Origin: a virus
DNA length: 48,453 nucleotides
Virus record (IMG/VR): IMGVR_UViG_3300027861_000005
Direction: 5' to 3' (one strand)
The notes under the pieces are model-generated. The model made no database searches, was not told the origin of the DNA, and saw only the letters and a program-made list of their open reading frames with translations. The position numbers and the translations under genes are program-made. Shown here in pieces: positions 1 through 10,283 of the stretch. Numbering within the stretch: the stretch's first letter is position 1; every line of letters begins with the position of its first letter.

Positions 1-125
1 CAGAAACAGCAGCGACTGTTGCAAAGTAAACTTCAAGACTTCCGCTGACTGAAAAGTCACCAACCGAAACAGCGAACGAACCAAGCGTACCGATCGCTTT
101 TCGCCCTGTCGCGTTATTATTAATA
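1..125. repeat. Terminal direct repeat, copy 1. Identical to 48329-48453, i.e. the assembly overlap of a circular or circularly permuted genome of 48,328 bp
   Basis: CAGAAACAGCAGCGACTGTTGC...GCGTTATTATTAATA is present at both window ends, with no mismatch that I could see. Confidence 0.95.
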
Positions 126-1342
126 TTGATTGTTGCTTCCGTAACGTAAGCAAACAACGACACCGGTGTAGGGCCAACACCATGAACATAGAGACGTTGC
201 TGATAGACGTCGCTAGAAGTGTTATATGCGTCCTCAACAGGTAAAGTGGCATTCCGATTGCCCGTTTTAACACCTGTGGTTCCGTCTCGCAGTTGGTTGT
301 CAATCCCAACGAACGAAAGATCGCACATGAGTTTGTCAGCGCTGGAAACATTCAAAGTAAACTCATTGGCGATCGCACCAACCAACACTTCAGACTGAAC
401 ACCGTTAGCGTCACTACCCAATGTTCGTTCAAGCTGATAAGACCGTGTCACAATATTAGCAGCAGCCTCATTCCGCAAATACTTGCCAAAGAAAATCTGA
501 ACCGTTTTGCCGGTGCCAGCATCGGTCAGCGGTGTCCAAGTAGGTTCTTTGAGCGTGAGCGTGTTCGCGGCGACCGCTTCGATTCGAGCGTAGCCTGGTG
601 CGTTCTCAGCAGGCGTGCCACCACCAAGAGCAAATTTCGTTGCGGTGGCGTCACCACCAACAAAGATCCATTCACCAACTTGATAGTCTTGTGCGCTGAA
701 ACCAACAGTGCTGGTCAGTGTGAGAACATTAGCAGAGAAGACGGTTGCAAGGTCGCCTGTACCATACTGGTAGCCGACAATTTCCATCGTGCCCACAGTG
801 TAGGCTTCAATGGCTGTGGTCGTGACAGACAAGGTCAACTCGTCAGTTGCAATTGCAGTGATACGAGCCAGGGCAATGTTGTTTGCCGGGAGTACGAACC
901 CGGACAGCTTCACCAACATTCCGACTTCGTACTCACTGCCTTTTCCTACCGCAACATTGACGATGCCCGAACCTTCAATGTCAGCGATAGCGACCGTTGA
1001 TGCTGCCGCGCCGTTGAGCGGTGAATTGCTCACCCGTTCGCGGGCATCTGCAAAAAAGAACCCCTGCATTAGTCGTGTGAGGTTGCTCTGCGTGAGGTCT
1101 TGAGAGAAACCACCAGAGGCGTCTAAATCGGTCACGACGCCCTTGCGTTGTTGTCGTGACGCATTGATCGTGTTCCTAGCTGTCAATGCAATCTCAGCAC
1201 CGAAGTCGCTGTAATCGTTCGGGTCAAGGGGATACCAAACGCCGTCTTGTTCAATAGTTCCAGGCAGAACACCAAGACATGCCTCTTCTGCGTAAGACAA
1301 GCCGACAATATTTGAGTCAATTTTTCTGGTTTCGCAGGTCAT
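1..1342 (-). CDS. Major tail (tube) protein, 5' part. The gene is cut by the linearisation point and ends at 48102 (522 aa across the junction)
   Basis: ATG at 1342 with AAGGAA 9 nt upstream. The minus frame is open to base 1 and continues in phase through the overlap to TAG at 48102-48104 (1342+227 nt = 1569 = 3x523). It lies between a tail-terminator-like gene and the G/GT chaperone pair. Confidence 0.7.
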   Translation of the reverse strand, partial: MTCETRKIDSNIVGLSYAEEACLGVLPGTIEQDGVWYPLDPNDYSDFGAEIALTARNTINASRQQRKGVVTDLDASGGFSQDLTQSNLTRLMQGFFFADARERVSNSPLNGAAASTVAIADIEGSGIVNVAVGKGSEYEVGMLVKLSGFVLPANNIALARITAIATDELTLSVTTTAIEAYTVGTMEIVGYQYGTGDLATVFSANVLTLTSTVGFSAQDYQVGEWIFVGGDATATKFALGGGTPAENAPGYARIEAVAANTLTLKEPTWTPLTDAGTGKTVQIFFGKYLRNEAAANIVTRSYQLERTLGSDANGVQSEVLVGAIANEFTLNVSSADKLMCDLSFVGIDNQLRDGTTGVKTGNRNATLPVEDAYNTSSDVYQQRLYVHGVGPTPVSLFAYVTEATININNNATGRKAIGTLGSFAVSVGDFSVSGSLEVYFATVAAVS

Positions 1343-1354
1343 GATTTCGGTTCC

Positions 1355-1870
1355 TTAAATGGTTGGACACCTAACGTGTGTATCAAACTCGTAAGTAAAG
1401 TCAATGTTAGAACGGAAGTGGGTTTCTTCGGCGGGCATTTCTTTTATGGTAGCGTTGCGAAACCAGATGTTTTCACTGGATTTCCCAACAAACATTTCGT
1501 GAGCGACGGCGGACAGAAAATCTTCTTCTTCCGTACTGTAATTTCCTTTTGAAAAAAATAATCGAATGATACATATACCAGAAGTTGTAAACTTTACGCC
1601 TTCGCCGTTGGCACGACCACCGGGCAACGATCGTTGAGGTGAATTCAAGTTTAAGATGTTTATTAATGCAAAATGCTCACCTGCGGGTATTTTTGTTCTT
1701 TTCTCAATATTTTGATAATGCACACTAGGCGTATAAGTTTCACCATCATTATCAAACACCATTGCTGCAATAACCGGTGTTGAATTGGGTAAACCATTAA
1801 CCATCGCATCAGTCCAATTATCTTGGAAGTACCCCAATAGTTCCTTTTTTGCTTGTCTTTGTGCTAACAT
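1355..1870 (-). CDS. Putative tail terminator / tail completion protein
   Basis: 171-aa ORF immediately upstream of the tube gene. Call rests on position, size and general resemblance to gpU/DUF4128-type proteins, with no diagnostic motif. Confidence 0.45.
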   Translation of the reverse strand: MLAQRQAKKELLGYFQDNWTDAMVNGLPNSTPVIAAMVFDNDGETYTPSVHYQNIEKRTKIPAGEHFALINILNLNSPQRSLPGGRANGEGVKFTTSGICIIRLFFSKGNYSTEEEDFLSAVAHEMFVGKSSENIWFRNATIKEMPAEETHFRSNIDFTYEFDTHVRCPTI

Positions 1871-2781
1871 TATACCTTAAACTCAATAAAATACAGAATA
1901 GGGCAATCTATCGGTTGAATTGGATCAACAGCGCTAACGATTATTTCTTGGTCGTTCCACTTCACAACGTCTTTCAATGAGGGCACAAATTCCGAATAAG
2001 CATACATATAGCCATTCACTTGGCCCTCAACGATAGATGTTTCCTTTCGATACTTAAAAAACTGCCGATCTTCCAGATCATCCTGAGTAAACAGGATTTT
2101 TACGGGTGTTTCAACACGAGTGGATTTTCCGACAATATATGGTTTAGTAGAGTCAGAAACAGAATTATCCGACAGGCTCACCCAAGTTGCATTTGTATTA
2201 GTAATAAAGCAATCAATTAGCTCAATTGTCAGTAAAACAAAGTCTTCAGTTATAATTTGACAAATCATGGAATTCTCATTTGGATGCGTTATAACTAACT
2301 TCGTTTCTGCGTATTGTGGATTTAATTGCCAACTATCCCTAATAGGCCCCTTTCCTTCAAATATCGCAACCAGTCTTGCGCCCGGATACCACCCAAAAGT
2401 ATCAACAACCTCTTGTACCAAGACAGTTACGTCAATAGAAATTTCACCAGTTACCGGAACAAACTCACCGGCGTCTAAATACTCGGTTGTAAAAGTTCTA
2501 TTTGATATATCGAACGAAACATTAGTTAGTGGGTCAGAGACAGGGGAGGCATCAAAATATAATCGAGGAGAACCATAATCATTATCAATTTCTTGAATAA
2601 CGAGTGTTGCCGATATAATCTCTTCTTCTGGATCAAGTAAAATATCATTAAAACTCAATGCGTGAAAACGATCTGAACGATTTAATTGCAACCCGAATGT
2701 AGGGTTAAGGGTGATAACGCCAGTATGTTCTTGGGACTGTGCTGGTGCGTATGTATCACTAGGGTTAGAAGGCACTGTCAC
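1870..2781 (-). CDS. Virion protein in the neck/head-completion region, function unknown
   Basis: 303-aa ORF abutting both neighbouring genes in the structural operon. Confidence 0.6.
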   Translation of the reverse strand: MTVPSNPSDTYAPAQSQEHTGVITLNPTFGLQLNRSDRFHALSFNDILLDPEEEIISATLVIQEIDNDYGSPRLYFDASPVSDPLTNVSFDISNRTFTTEYLDAGEFVPVTGEISIDVTVLVQEVVDTFGWYPGARLVAIFEGKGPIRDSWQLNPQYAETKLVITHPNENSMICQIITEDFVLLTIELIDCFITNTNATWVSLSDNSVSDSTKPYIVGKSTRVETPVKILFTQDDLEDRQFFKYRKETSIVEGQVNGYMYAYSEFVPSLKDVVKWNDQEIIVSAVDPIQPIDCPILYFIEFKV

Positions 2782-3309
2782 TCACACTCTATAAGTGTTT
2801 AATGCTGTTTTGGAGCAACTAACTAAAGGTTTTAGGAAGATCTCAACACTCATTATCTTTATAGGAGCATTAGCATTTGCAATACCTTTGCCTGTAAATG
2901 CAAATTTCTTTGTCATTGGACCGACAGTCTTTTCAGTAATTAAACCCTCAACTGTGGATGTTCTCGGAGTTGGAAATAGTTGAATTTGTTGTTGTTGGGC
3001 AATAACCAACTGCGATTGTGCGTTTTTTAGCTGTGATGGAATCGCAGTAACTGCAACATCTGCACCATCAATGACAACATTCTGTCGGGGCCAAGGCAGC
3101 GCGTTCTCGGAATCGTTCCGACTGCCTTGGAATTCATCCGTGTACCACGACAGATAGTCCATAGCGACAAGGATGTATTCCTGTTGCACTTGAGAGGTCG
3201 AAGGTGCAGTAAAACCCCTGTCTGCCGCGTAAGCTAACAAGTATGCTTCGTCTATATAGGTGTTCGCGTTAGCAACACCTGTGCCGTCTTCAACAATAAG
3301 GGTGGGCAT
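2782..3309 (-). CDS. Head-tail connector/adaptor (gp6-like)
   Basis: N-terminus MPTLIVEDGTGVANANTYIDEAYLLAYAADRG, then ALPWPRQ, is typical of gp6/DnaT-like head-tail adaptors. Positioned downstream of the capsid gene. Confidence 0.6.
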   Translation of the reverse strand: MPTLIVEDGTGVANANTYIDEAYLLAYAADRGFTAPSTSQVQQEYILVAMDYLSWYTDEFQGSRNDSENALPWPRQNVVIDGADVAVTAIPSQLKNAQSQLVIAQQQQIQLFPTPRTSTVEGLITEKTVGPMTKKFAFTGKGIANANAPIKIMSVEIFLKPLVSCSKTALNTYRV

Positions 3310-3310
3310 T

Positions 3311-3790
3311 TTATACGAACTTCAAAAAGGTAGCAGGATGGGTATTCGAGCTATCGCCATCAATTTGCAATTCGAAAAATTCCATGTCCACATCTGCCTG
3401 CCCGCCATTTAATGAAGCTGGCGCAGCGAATCCAACTTCAAACACAGTTTGATTACCGAGTGAAAGACTTGTCCAAGATGTAGAATAATTTTGGTAAATA
3501 TCGTCAGTTACTGTAACTGCATTTGCCGTAACCCATGTTGTACCGGCATACCGAACCCGAATATCAAAAGTAGCCTCGTCTCTGTCGTACTTCATCCTGA
3601 AATTAACAGTTAAATTTGTAACATCTGAATAAGTTTCAACGGGAGTGCTGACGCCCCAAATTTGTTCTTTGCCGTCATCACCTGAGTCCCACCATGTTTT
3701 GTTTCCGTCGCCAGCAGTAACAACATTTGCAAATCCCGAATTATTAATTATGGCATTTGTGTTACTATTTGGTATTAAGATTTCAGACAT
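3311..3790 (-). CDS. Hypothetical virion protein
   Basis: 159-aa ORF tightly packed in the structural operon. Confidence 0.6.
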   Translation of the reverse strand: MSEILIPNSNTNAIINNSGFANVVTAGDGNKTWWDSGDDGKEQIWGVSTPVETYSDVTNLTVNFRMKYDRDEATFDIRVRYAGTTWVTANAVTVTDDIYQNYSTSWTSLSLGNQTVFEVGFAAPASLNGGQADVDMEFFELQIDGDSSNTHPATFLKFV

Positions 3791-3798
3791 ATTTAACC

Positions 3799-4230
3799 TT
3801 AAACCATTAGGAAGCCATCATAAGCACCCGCACCGGTACAAATGAAACCAACTAAATTAACCGAACTAGCATCCGTGTTTAACGTCGGAGCAGATCCTGC
3901 GTCAATCCAAGTAATACCGCTAAACCATGTGACTATCCGGCTTCCGGTCGAGTCCTGTGCGATCCGAAGGACAAAAGGATAATTGGTCGCGGGATTTGTC
4001 AAAGCAAAAGTTGCGTTACCTGTTAACTCCACAGAATGCTTTTGGTTGGCACCATTATCTAAATCAAAATTGACTGTTGCAGCGTAACTGTTAACAACAA
4101 AACCGCTTGCACCACTTCCGCTACCAGCATTTTTAATAGCCGATACGTCCAATCGATCGTCACCCGACAAACCACTTAACTTGTCTCGCAACGAAATTGG
4201 ATTAATAGCACGGCGAATAATGGTTGTCAT
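3799..4230 (-). CDS. Hypothetical virion protein
   Basis: 143-aa ORF in the structural operon. Confidence 0.6.
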   Translation of the reverse strand: MTTIIRRAINPISLRDKLSGLSGDDRLDVSAIKNAGSGSGASGFVVNSYAATVNFDLDNGANQKHSVELTGNATFALTNPATNYPFVLRIAQDSTGSRIVTWFSGITWIDAGSAPTLNTDASSVNLVGFICTGAGAYDGFLMV

Positions 4231-4265
4231 GAAAACTGCCCACAGTAAAGGGAATTTAACGTAAC

Positions 4266-4655
4266 TTACGACTGCTGTTGGAACTCACGAGTCATTTTTT
4301 CGAACTCTTCGCGACGTTTAATCGCATGAGCCCTTTCGTCAAGCAGTCGTTTATTTTCAGTTACTCGATGAACGTCACCCGTTACTTGCTCGCCTTCAAA
4401 GCCTCTCGCTTCTTTCTTTACAACCATGTTTTCATTTGTGCCAGACACGGGCAGTTCTTCAATAGGTGCAATAAACCAAGCATGACTCTCTGGTACAATT
4501 ATTGCCTCTAAATTTTCTGGGATTTCAACACCTTCAACACTGGTTGCAAACCATGCTTTAAGTGTATCTTGTGTAAATTCGCCTTCTGTTGAGGCGACAA
4601 TAGATCGATCAGCAGTGTGATCTGCTGGCGAATAAATTTGAATTTGATATTGCAT
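4266..4655 (-). CDS. Hypothetical acidic protein downstream of the capsid gene
   Basis: 129-aa ORF that follows the capsid-gene terminator. Confidence 0.55.
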   Translation of the reverse strand: MQYQIQIYSPADHTADRSIVASTEGEFTQDTLKAWFATSVEGVEIPENLEAIIVPESHAWFIAPIEELPVSGTNENMVVKKEARGFEGEQVTGDVHRVTENKRLLDERAHAIKRREEFEKMTREFQQQS

Positions 4656-4677
4656 AGTTGCCGCCAGAAGACTGAAG

Positions 4678-4724
4678 GGAAAAATAAAGCAAGAAAGGTA
4701 ACCCGGCGATTAAACCGGATTACC
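4678..4724 (-). terminator. Intrinsic terminator directly after the major capsid gene
   Basis: Minus strand reads GGTAATCCGG-TTTAATCG-CCGGGTTACC (10-bp stem with one G-U pair) followed by TTTCTTGCTTTATTTTT. Confidence 0.7.
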
Positions 4725-4735
4725 ATTCATTTGAA

Positions 4736-5809
4736 TTAGCCATTCGTAACAAGGAATGCGATTGGCACATTCTTGCGGAAATGGTTTCGTTTCCAGTTCG
4801 TGCCCAACTTCAGGTCAGCAATGGTCTGCCATAGTCCGTCACCAGCACCACCGCTGCTTTCAGCAGCAGTGTTGGTAACGTCAAGGTTGCTGTGACCGCT
4901 TGGGTGGAGCAACCACGTCTTGCGTTCCCAAAGTGTTTCTTCGCCAGCACCGTCACCAATTGCCGGGTTACGGTCAATTTCAACAGGTGTTGTGGGCGAT
5001 CCTTCGCCGTAGGCAAAGGCGGCTGCACCGTAAAGCACGGTCGTGTAACGGAACCCTCCGCCGGAGGTTGTCGCAATAACAGGAGCAGAGTCGTCAACGA
5101 TGACACGATGACCCTGATACAACGGAATTCGTCGCTCTTGTTTTGAATCAGGGATGAAATCAATATCATCATTGTTAATCATTCGCTGATAAATCACCGA
5201 ATGACATAGGATTGCAGACAAATCTTCAACATGATCCCCCATCGTAAACCGTGCTGTCGTGAAAGCTGTTCGGTCGAAAAAGTTGACCGAAGTACCAACA
5301 CCGTTATCGATGGAAATATCAGTGACCATGTCGTTAGTCGTACCAAAACCGGTATCTATACCGGCATTGGCTGCAATAATGTTGGCATTATAAATGCCAA
5401 CTGTTGCAGCGATGACCCGACGTTGCCACTGCCACATCCAATATCGCGAAGTTCGAGCCTTGATTCGCTCCATCGCAAGATCGCCCATTGTGACTTCATT
5501 CGTGAGATCACGGACAGACCAAGCATTATTTAATGCTGCTCGCTTCGCATCCATACGCCCCTGAACAATCTTGTTCGGCGTTGCACTGGTATCTGCATCG
5601 GATGAATAATTTGGCTCGTCTGCGGGGTCAAGGTCTCGCCAAAACGGCATCTTAGCAAGTTCGGCTTCTTCCACAGCCAAAGCATCCATTGCGGGAGTCC
5701 GCACCACCACACCTGATTCGAAAAAATCAGTCCGTTCTGGATTATTCTCGGCAGCAATACCTTGATAAATTTCGACGTCGATAACGTCTGCGAGTTTGAC
5801 CGTAGCCAT
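4736..5809 (-). CDS. Major capsid protein
   Basis: 357 aa, lying between the scaffold gene and the connector genes and followed by a strong hairpin terminator. Call is by position and size. Confidence 0.75.
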   Translation of the reverse strand: MATVKLADVIDVEIYQGIAAENNPERTDFFESGVVVRTPAMDALAVEEAELAKMPFWRDLDPADEPNYSSDADTSATPNKIVQGRMDAKRAALNNAWSVRDLTNEVTMGDLAMERIKARTSRYWMWQWQRRVIAATVGIYNANIIAANAGIDTGFGTTNDMVTDISIDNGVGTSVNFFDRTAFTTARFTMGDHVEDLSAILCHSVIYQRMINNDDIDFIPDSKQERRIPLYQGHRVIVDDSAPVIATTSGGGFRYTTVLYGAAAFAYGEGSPTTPVEIDRNPAIGDGAGEETLWERKTWLLHPSGHSNLDVTNTAAESSGGAGDGLWQTIADLKLGTNWKRNHFRKNVPIAFLVTNG

Positions 5810-5824
5810 CGTGAGTCAGCCTTT

Positions 5825-6598
5825 TTAAGAAGTTTTAGAGGATTCCAACAAGGTTTGGAACGCCTCTGGCTGATCACGCTTCATTCTGACAAGTTCACCC
5901 GAATTGTAGTCGTTATACGTTTTCGGTGATCCGTCGTCTTTGGTGGTAGCCAGAGTTGTTGATTTACCATCACCGTTGGCGCTACCACCCGATGCTTTGC
6001 TCACGACCACCATAGATTTGAACATTTCATTTGTCGAGAGAGACTTTTGGAAATTTTCAAAACTCTGATCAATCGAAGGTAGATTTGTAGCAATATCTGT
6101 AATTTCAATGGATGCTTGGCCCTCTGCCGAAACTTTACCTTTCAACATACCCTGAACATGAGGCAGCATAATGGCAGCATTTGTGCCGAACAATTCAGAT
6201 GCTATTGTCAACGCTTTCTCGCGGGCCATTCGATCTGCATTATTTTGACGTTGTGCAGCCAATTCAACTTTCTGTTTTTCTTCTGCTGCCTTTGCGGCTG
6301 CGTCTCTTGCGTCCAACTGCGATTGAAAATGCTCCTTCAATTCAGCAACGCTTTTTATTCCATCTATCTCTGTTTGCTTCTTTTCTGCCTCAAATTTATC
6401 CGCAACAGCTTTCACTGTTTTTAGTTCTTCTCGCGTTTTTTCCAACGCAGAAAATAATCCTTCAGGGTCTTTGTCTGTGGTAAAGACATTTGGTCCTAGA
6501 TCAAGTTTATAAGTACCATCGGTGGTCAACTGATACTCTTTTTTTAGATCATCAGAAATTGCAGTAAACTCAGCAGTTGTCAATGTTAACGCAAGCAT
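5825..6598 (-). CDS. Scaffolding protein
   Basis: 257 aa, rich in Ala/Glu/Lys and coiled-coil-like (AAKAAEEKQKVELAAQRQ). Lies between the portal and capsid genes. Confidence 0.7.
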   Translation of the reverse strand: MLALTLTTAEFTAISDDLKKEYQLTTDGTYKLDLGPNVFTTDKDPEGLFSALEKTREELKTVKAVADKFEAEKKQTEIDGIKSVAELKEHFQSQLDARDAAAKAAEEKQKVELAAQRQNNADRMAREKALTIASELFGTNAAIMLPHVQGMLKGKVSAEGQASIEITDIATNLPSIDQSFENFQKSLSTNEMFKSMVVVSKASGGSANGDGKSTTLATTKDDGSPKTYNDYNSGELVRMKRDQPEAFQTLLESSKTS

Positions 6599-6608
6599 TG
6601 GTTCTCAC

Positions 6609-8108
6609 TTAATTTGTAAGGTCTTCAGCCTTAGAGTTAGGTTGATCTTTTGCCGACGCTGGCTCAAGATCTGGATTTATTGAATCGATAAATGATTGAT
6701 CTGCTTTGATTGCAGCCATCGCATCTTCTACACTGTTCTTAACTAAACCGCTTCGTCGTAAATTTTCATGAACTCCAGAAAACGGTATAAGTCTTGCACC
6801 AAATAGTTCGATCAACCAACGAAGTTCTTCGGCGCTCATTGAAGTAAGATCAAAATTGTCATTTAACTCAACTTCGATTTCTTCATCCCCGGTGGTATCG
6901 ACGAATAAGGCGGCCTTCTTCAAACATGAGAGCAAAGCCGCTTCCAAGTTATCTTTAATGGTACTTAAAACAGATTTTTGGCTCGCTGCCTCAATCTGGA
7001 TCTCTGCTTCTTTCCGTTCAACAGTCTGCCGTGGATTGATGATTTTTGCACCAATTGCAATCATCTGTTCTTCCTTGTGGGTCATTGCTTCAAACGCGAG
7101 CGTATTTGGCATTGCCTGCAACAAGTGTGCTGTAGCGTCTTCGGGTAGCGGAACAGCGGCACGAGAACCGAAAGGTATTCCTTTCTGAAAATGATTGGTT
7201 ACCCAATCGTCGGTCAAACCTGCATACACAGGTGTTGGTTGACCGACAAGAAAAACACTTTCTTCGTAGTCGGCTGAATTGCGATAGTGTGCGATGTTCA
7301 AAACCGCCATTGAATACAACGGTGGTTCGTCAATCTCTGAATCGTTGTTTTCACTACCAACAAACTCAAATGGAATTTCACCCAGATTTTTACCGTCTTG
7401 CCCACACAGGTTGTAGGCTTCCTTGAGATCTCCACTTTCTTCATCCCACACTTCGACGCTTACACAACCATCTTCCAGCAGTCGATATACTCGATACTTG
7501 TGCGAGGTCTGTACTTTGAAACTGTCGTAACCCGAAGTATATTCATAAGCCTCTTTTAAAACCAACATAACCAACTTATGTTCGGTTTTAATTTTGGTAA
7601 TTTGCCAGTTAATAATAGCCCAAGGTGGGATAAATCGAATCGTCGGACGGATGCCACTTTCAACGTCGGCTTTAGTGACCTCCCCATCTGTTACGGGAAA
7701 GTCTGCGAGTAATCCACCACGACCGTAAGGTAGAATATGGTTGGCTGCTTTTCGAACCAACTGTTCGAAACTTAAACCTTCACCGTTGATATCTTCCAAC
7801 ATCATTTCCATGCTTTTTGGAACCTTCACTTTAGGTTCTCGAAGGAACAGTTGGCCGACTAAAGCATCTTGAGTAGGTTTAATCACGTTGTAGTAAACTG
7901 CTCGCATTTTGTAAGACGCATAACGCTCCAGTTTTTCTGTTTGACTGTCGCACGAAGACGGCATTGGCAGGTAAGTCACCCCTTTATCTTTAACTGCGAG
8001 TTCCCCTTCAAGCGAATCGCTAATAATGTTATATTTCTTTCTTGCTTGAACCAACTCTGGACGTTCGACGTTACATTTTAATGCTTTCGTAGTCATCAAT
8101 GTGCCCAA
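6609..8108 (-). CDS. Portal protein
   Basis: 499 aa, directly downstream of the large terminase gene and overlapping it by 13 nt. Confidence 0.8.
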   Translation of the reverse strand: MGTLMTTKALKCNVERPELVQARKKYNIISDSLEGELAVKDKGVTYLPMPSSCDSQTEKLERYASYKMRAVYYNVIKPTQDALVGQLFLREPKVKVPKSMEMMLEDINGEGLSFEQLVRKAANHILPYGRGGLLADFPVTDGEVTKADVESGIRPTIRFIPPWAIINWQITKIKTEHKLVMLVLKEAYEYTSGYDSFKVQTSHKYRVYRLLEDGCVSVEVWDEESGDLKEAYNLCGQDGKNLGEIPFEFVGSENNDSEIDEPPLYSMAVLNIAHYRNSADYEESVFLVGQPTPVYAGLTDDWVTNHFQKGIPFGSRAAVPLPEDATAHLLQAMPNTLAFEAMTHKEEQMIAIGAKIINPRQTVERKEAEIQIEAASQKSVLSTIKDNLEAALLSCLKKAALFVDTTGDEEIEVELNDNFDLTSMSAEELRWLIELFGARLIPFSGVHENLRRSGLVKNSVEDAMAAIKADQSFIDSINPDLEPASAKDQPNSKAEDLTN

Positions 8109-9787
8109 TTCATTTTGATTTTAGTGATGAACTTATTTGAACCCTTGAGAACGCGATATCTTACTGCGTCCCAAAGATGATCTTCTGCGTCTGTGTCAAC
8201 ATCATCTGGCTTATCTGGATCTCTCGGCAAGGGCGGTAGTAACTCAACACAGTGTTTACAATTCCGCATAAAGTAAATGCCCGGACCTTCCAGTAACGTA
8301 GAAGCCTGTAAACGGTCTCGCATTAATTGTAAACCAATTATTCTTGAACCCGCCGACTTATCAGACTGAATCCAACGAACACCTTCCTTTTCCATTTTGT
8401 ATTCAATGGTGTCAACATCAGATTCGGTCACGTTTCGAATTTGATTATCTGCCGGTCCCGCTTGAACCCTAGATTTAATCCACTGCTCGGAAAATAAAAC
8501 TTCCTCTTTCGATTTAATTCGCAAAGCAACATCTTTTGCCGACAATTTCAAACCTTTATTTGTATTCACATTCTCAGTGCCATAATCTTCCTCAATTGCA
8601 ATCAAACTTCCTCTAGGCGGGCACCAAGTTTTACCATTCGGCAATCTGACTTCTTCCCCGTTCGCTTCTGCCCAAAACACTGTCGCAAACGGATGCGTTG
8701 AGCCCCAGTCAAACGACCTGTCAACTTTCCATTCGACGGGAATTTGAAACCGATCAATAACATGAACACGGGTGTCCCAAACATCATTTATTGCACCGCC
8801 ACTATTGACGTCCCAACGTCCTTCAATCCACGCAGCATGTAAATTTGGATTGTTTGCGCAAGATTCGATGAGGCCCGCGCGGTACACAGGGTCAAGGTAC
8901 GGATTCTCAAAGAACGATCCAAAAATTGCAACTTGCGTTCTAATTACTTCAACTTCTTGGCCTGCCGACGTATCAAAATAGGTTACGCGGTTCTTTACAA
9001 TCTCTCCGTTCTTTGCAACATCGATAAATCTTCGTTTTACCCAATTGTGCCCCGGCCCATTTGGATTTGTGGTGGCGAAAACTTCCAGCGATATAGGCGG
9101 CAAGGGTTTTTGATCGGGAGTGTCGTAAACGGGTTGTCCGTTTTGCAAAATCGTAGGTGTATGTTTCTCTGAGACAAATGAGCAGCGATTTACTGACATA
9201 AACTTGTCATACAGTTCTGCGGTTGGTTGCTTCGTCAACTCATTCCAGCCAATAAACGGGTATTCATGCCCGTGAAACGCATCGTAATCATCCAATTTTT
9301 TAACATGCCTGAACAGCAATTCTTCACCTGTTGGCCACACCCATTTGTATGCTGTTGCAGATGCGTGAAACTTCGCGCCGTCTTCAAACTTTGGAAAGAA
9401 CCTATTGCTCTGTGCGACCATGTCTGACAGATTCTTAAATTCCCGGTCAAAGATGATGCCTTTCCAGTAAGCACCATAACCCAACCCAACCCTACTTCGA
9501 AACCGCATTAACTGCGTTATCGTTTTGCCCGGACCTCTGGCACCGTGCATCAGCGTGTGGTGGGCTCGCGTCACAATTGCGAATGATTGCGACGAATCTG
9601 GAATAGGTTCCCACACTACATTTGAAGCTATCGTTGATTCAACTTGGGGTTTCTTTACTGGTTTCAACACCTGTAAGGTTGAATCTTGGGCAGGTGCGTG
9701 CGCAGACAATCTATCAACAACAGCCGAGAGGTTGCCCGCCCCTGTTTGCTGTGGCGAATCTAAAATTTGTCCCCATTCTCTACCCAT
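8096..9787 (-). CDS. terL: Terminase large subunit
   Basis: 563 aa with Walker A GARGPGKT near the N-terminus, a C-terminal nuclease-like region (FDWGSTHPFA) and the expected gene order. Confidence 0.88.
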   Translation of the reverse strand: MGREWGQILDSPQQTGAGNLSAVVDRLSAHAPAQDSTLQVLKPVKKPQVESTIASNVVWEPIPDSSQSFAIVTRAHHTLMHGARGPGKTITQLMRFRSRVGLGYGAYWKGIIFDREFKNLSDMVAQSNRFFPKFEDGAKFHASATAYKWVWPTGEELLFRHVKKLDDYDAFHGHEYPFIGWNELTKQPTAELYDKFMSVNRCSFVSEKHTPTILQNGQPVYDTPDQKPLPPISLEVFATTNPNGPGHNWVKRRFIDVAKNGEIVKNRVTYFDTSAGQEVEVIRTQVAIFGSFFENPYLDPVYRAGLIESCANNPNLHAAWIEGRWDVNSGGAINDVWDTRVHVIDRFQIPVEWKVDRSFDWGSTHPFATVFWAEANGEEVRLPNGKTWCPPRGSLIAIEEDYGTENVNTNKGLKLSAKDVALRIKSKEEVLFSEQWIKSRVQAGPADNQIRNVTESDVDTIEYKMEKEGVRWIQSDKSAGSRIIGLQLMRDRLQASTLLEGPGIYFMRNCKHCVELLPPLPRDPDKPDDVDTDAEDHLWDAVRYRVLKGSNKFITKIKMNWAH

Positions 9788-10283
9788 TTGCGGCGGTCAA
9801 TTTCTCTTGTTGTCGGATCAAACCTTGCTCCCATTCTGCGTCAGATGCTTGCCCGCCTTGGGCGTTAATCATCACAGGAACATTCATGATTTTATTGTTG
9901 GTTTGGTTGTTCTGAATCAGAACACTTGGACCGGCTTTAGCTTTCGCCGTCATACCACGAACATCGAATGCCAAACCCATCAAACGGCAGTAAGTATCAT
10001 CGTCCAACGATGCTTCCGCGCGGTCCAGCACATCGCGAACCATTTCCGATTCGCTCGGTAAGAAAGCTTCTTCTCCCAGTTCTTCAACTAGGTGAGCCTT
10101 CATCTTGGCAATTTCGATTGATTGTAAACAAACATCCATCAAAGACAAAGCAGCAACAGTGTCCCCAAAGGTAACTTGCATTGCTGCTTTGAATGGATTA
10201 TTTGGTTGGCGTAATAACGCTTCCGCAAATCTCCATTTGATGGCTGTTTCTTGATCAATATTTGTAGATTCGGCAGACACCAT
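9780..10283 (-). CDS. terS: Putative terminase small subunit
   Basis: 167 aa overlapping the terL start by 8 nt. The N-terminal helical region WRFAEALLRQPNNPFKAAMQV is terS-like. Confidence 0.55.
   Translation of the reverse strand: MVSAESTNIDQETAIKWRFAEALLRQPNNPFKAAMQVTFGDTVAALSLMDVCLQSIEIAKMKAHLVEELGEEAFLPSESEMVRDVLDRAEASLDDDTYCRLMGLAFDVRGMTAKAKAGPSVLIQNNQTNNKIMNVPVMINAQGGQASDAEWEQGLIRQQEKLTAANG

Noticed and set aside
293-1103. Plus-strand ORFs 293-1000 (235 aa) and 810-1103 (97 aa)
   Set aside because: They are antisense to the junction-spanning tail tube gene, which has a proper RBS and ATG and fits the operon. Their products are low-complexity (Ser/Arg/Cys-rich), and they start at TTG/ATG without an RBS.
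9525-10061. 178-aa plus-strand ORF across the terL/terS boundary
   Set aside because: It is antisense to two well-supported packaging genes, and its Cys/Arg-rich product has no RBS.
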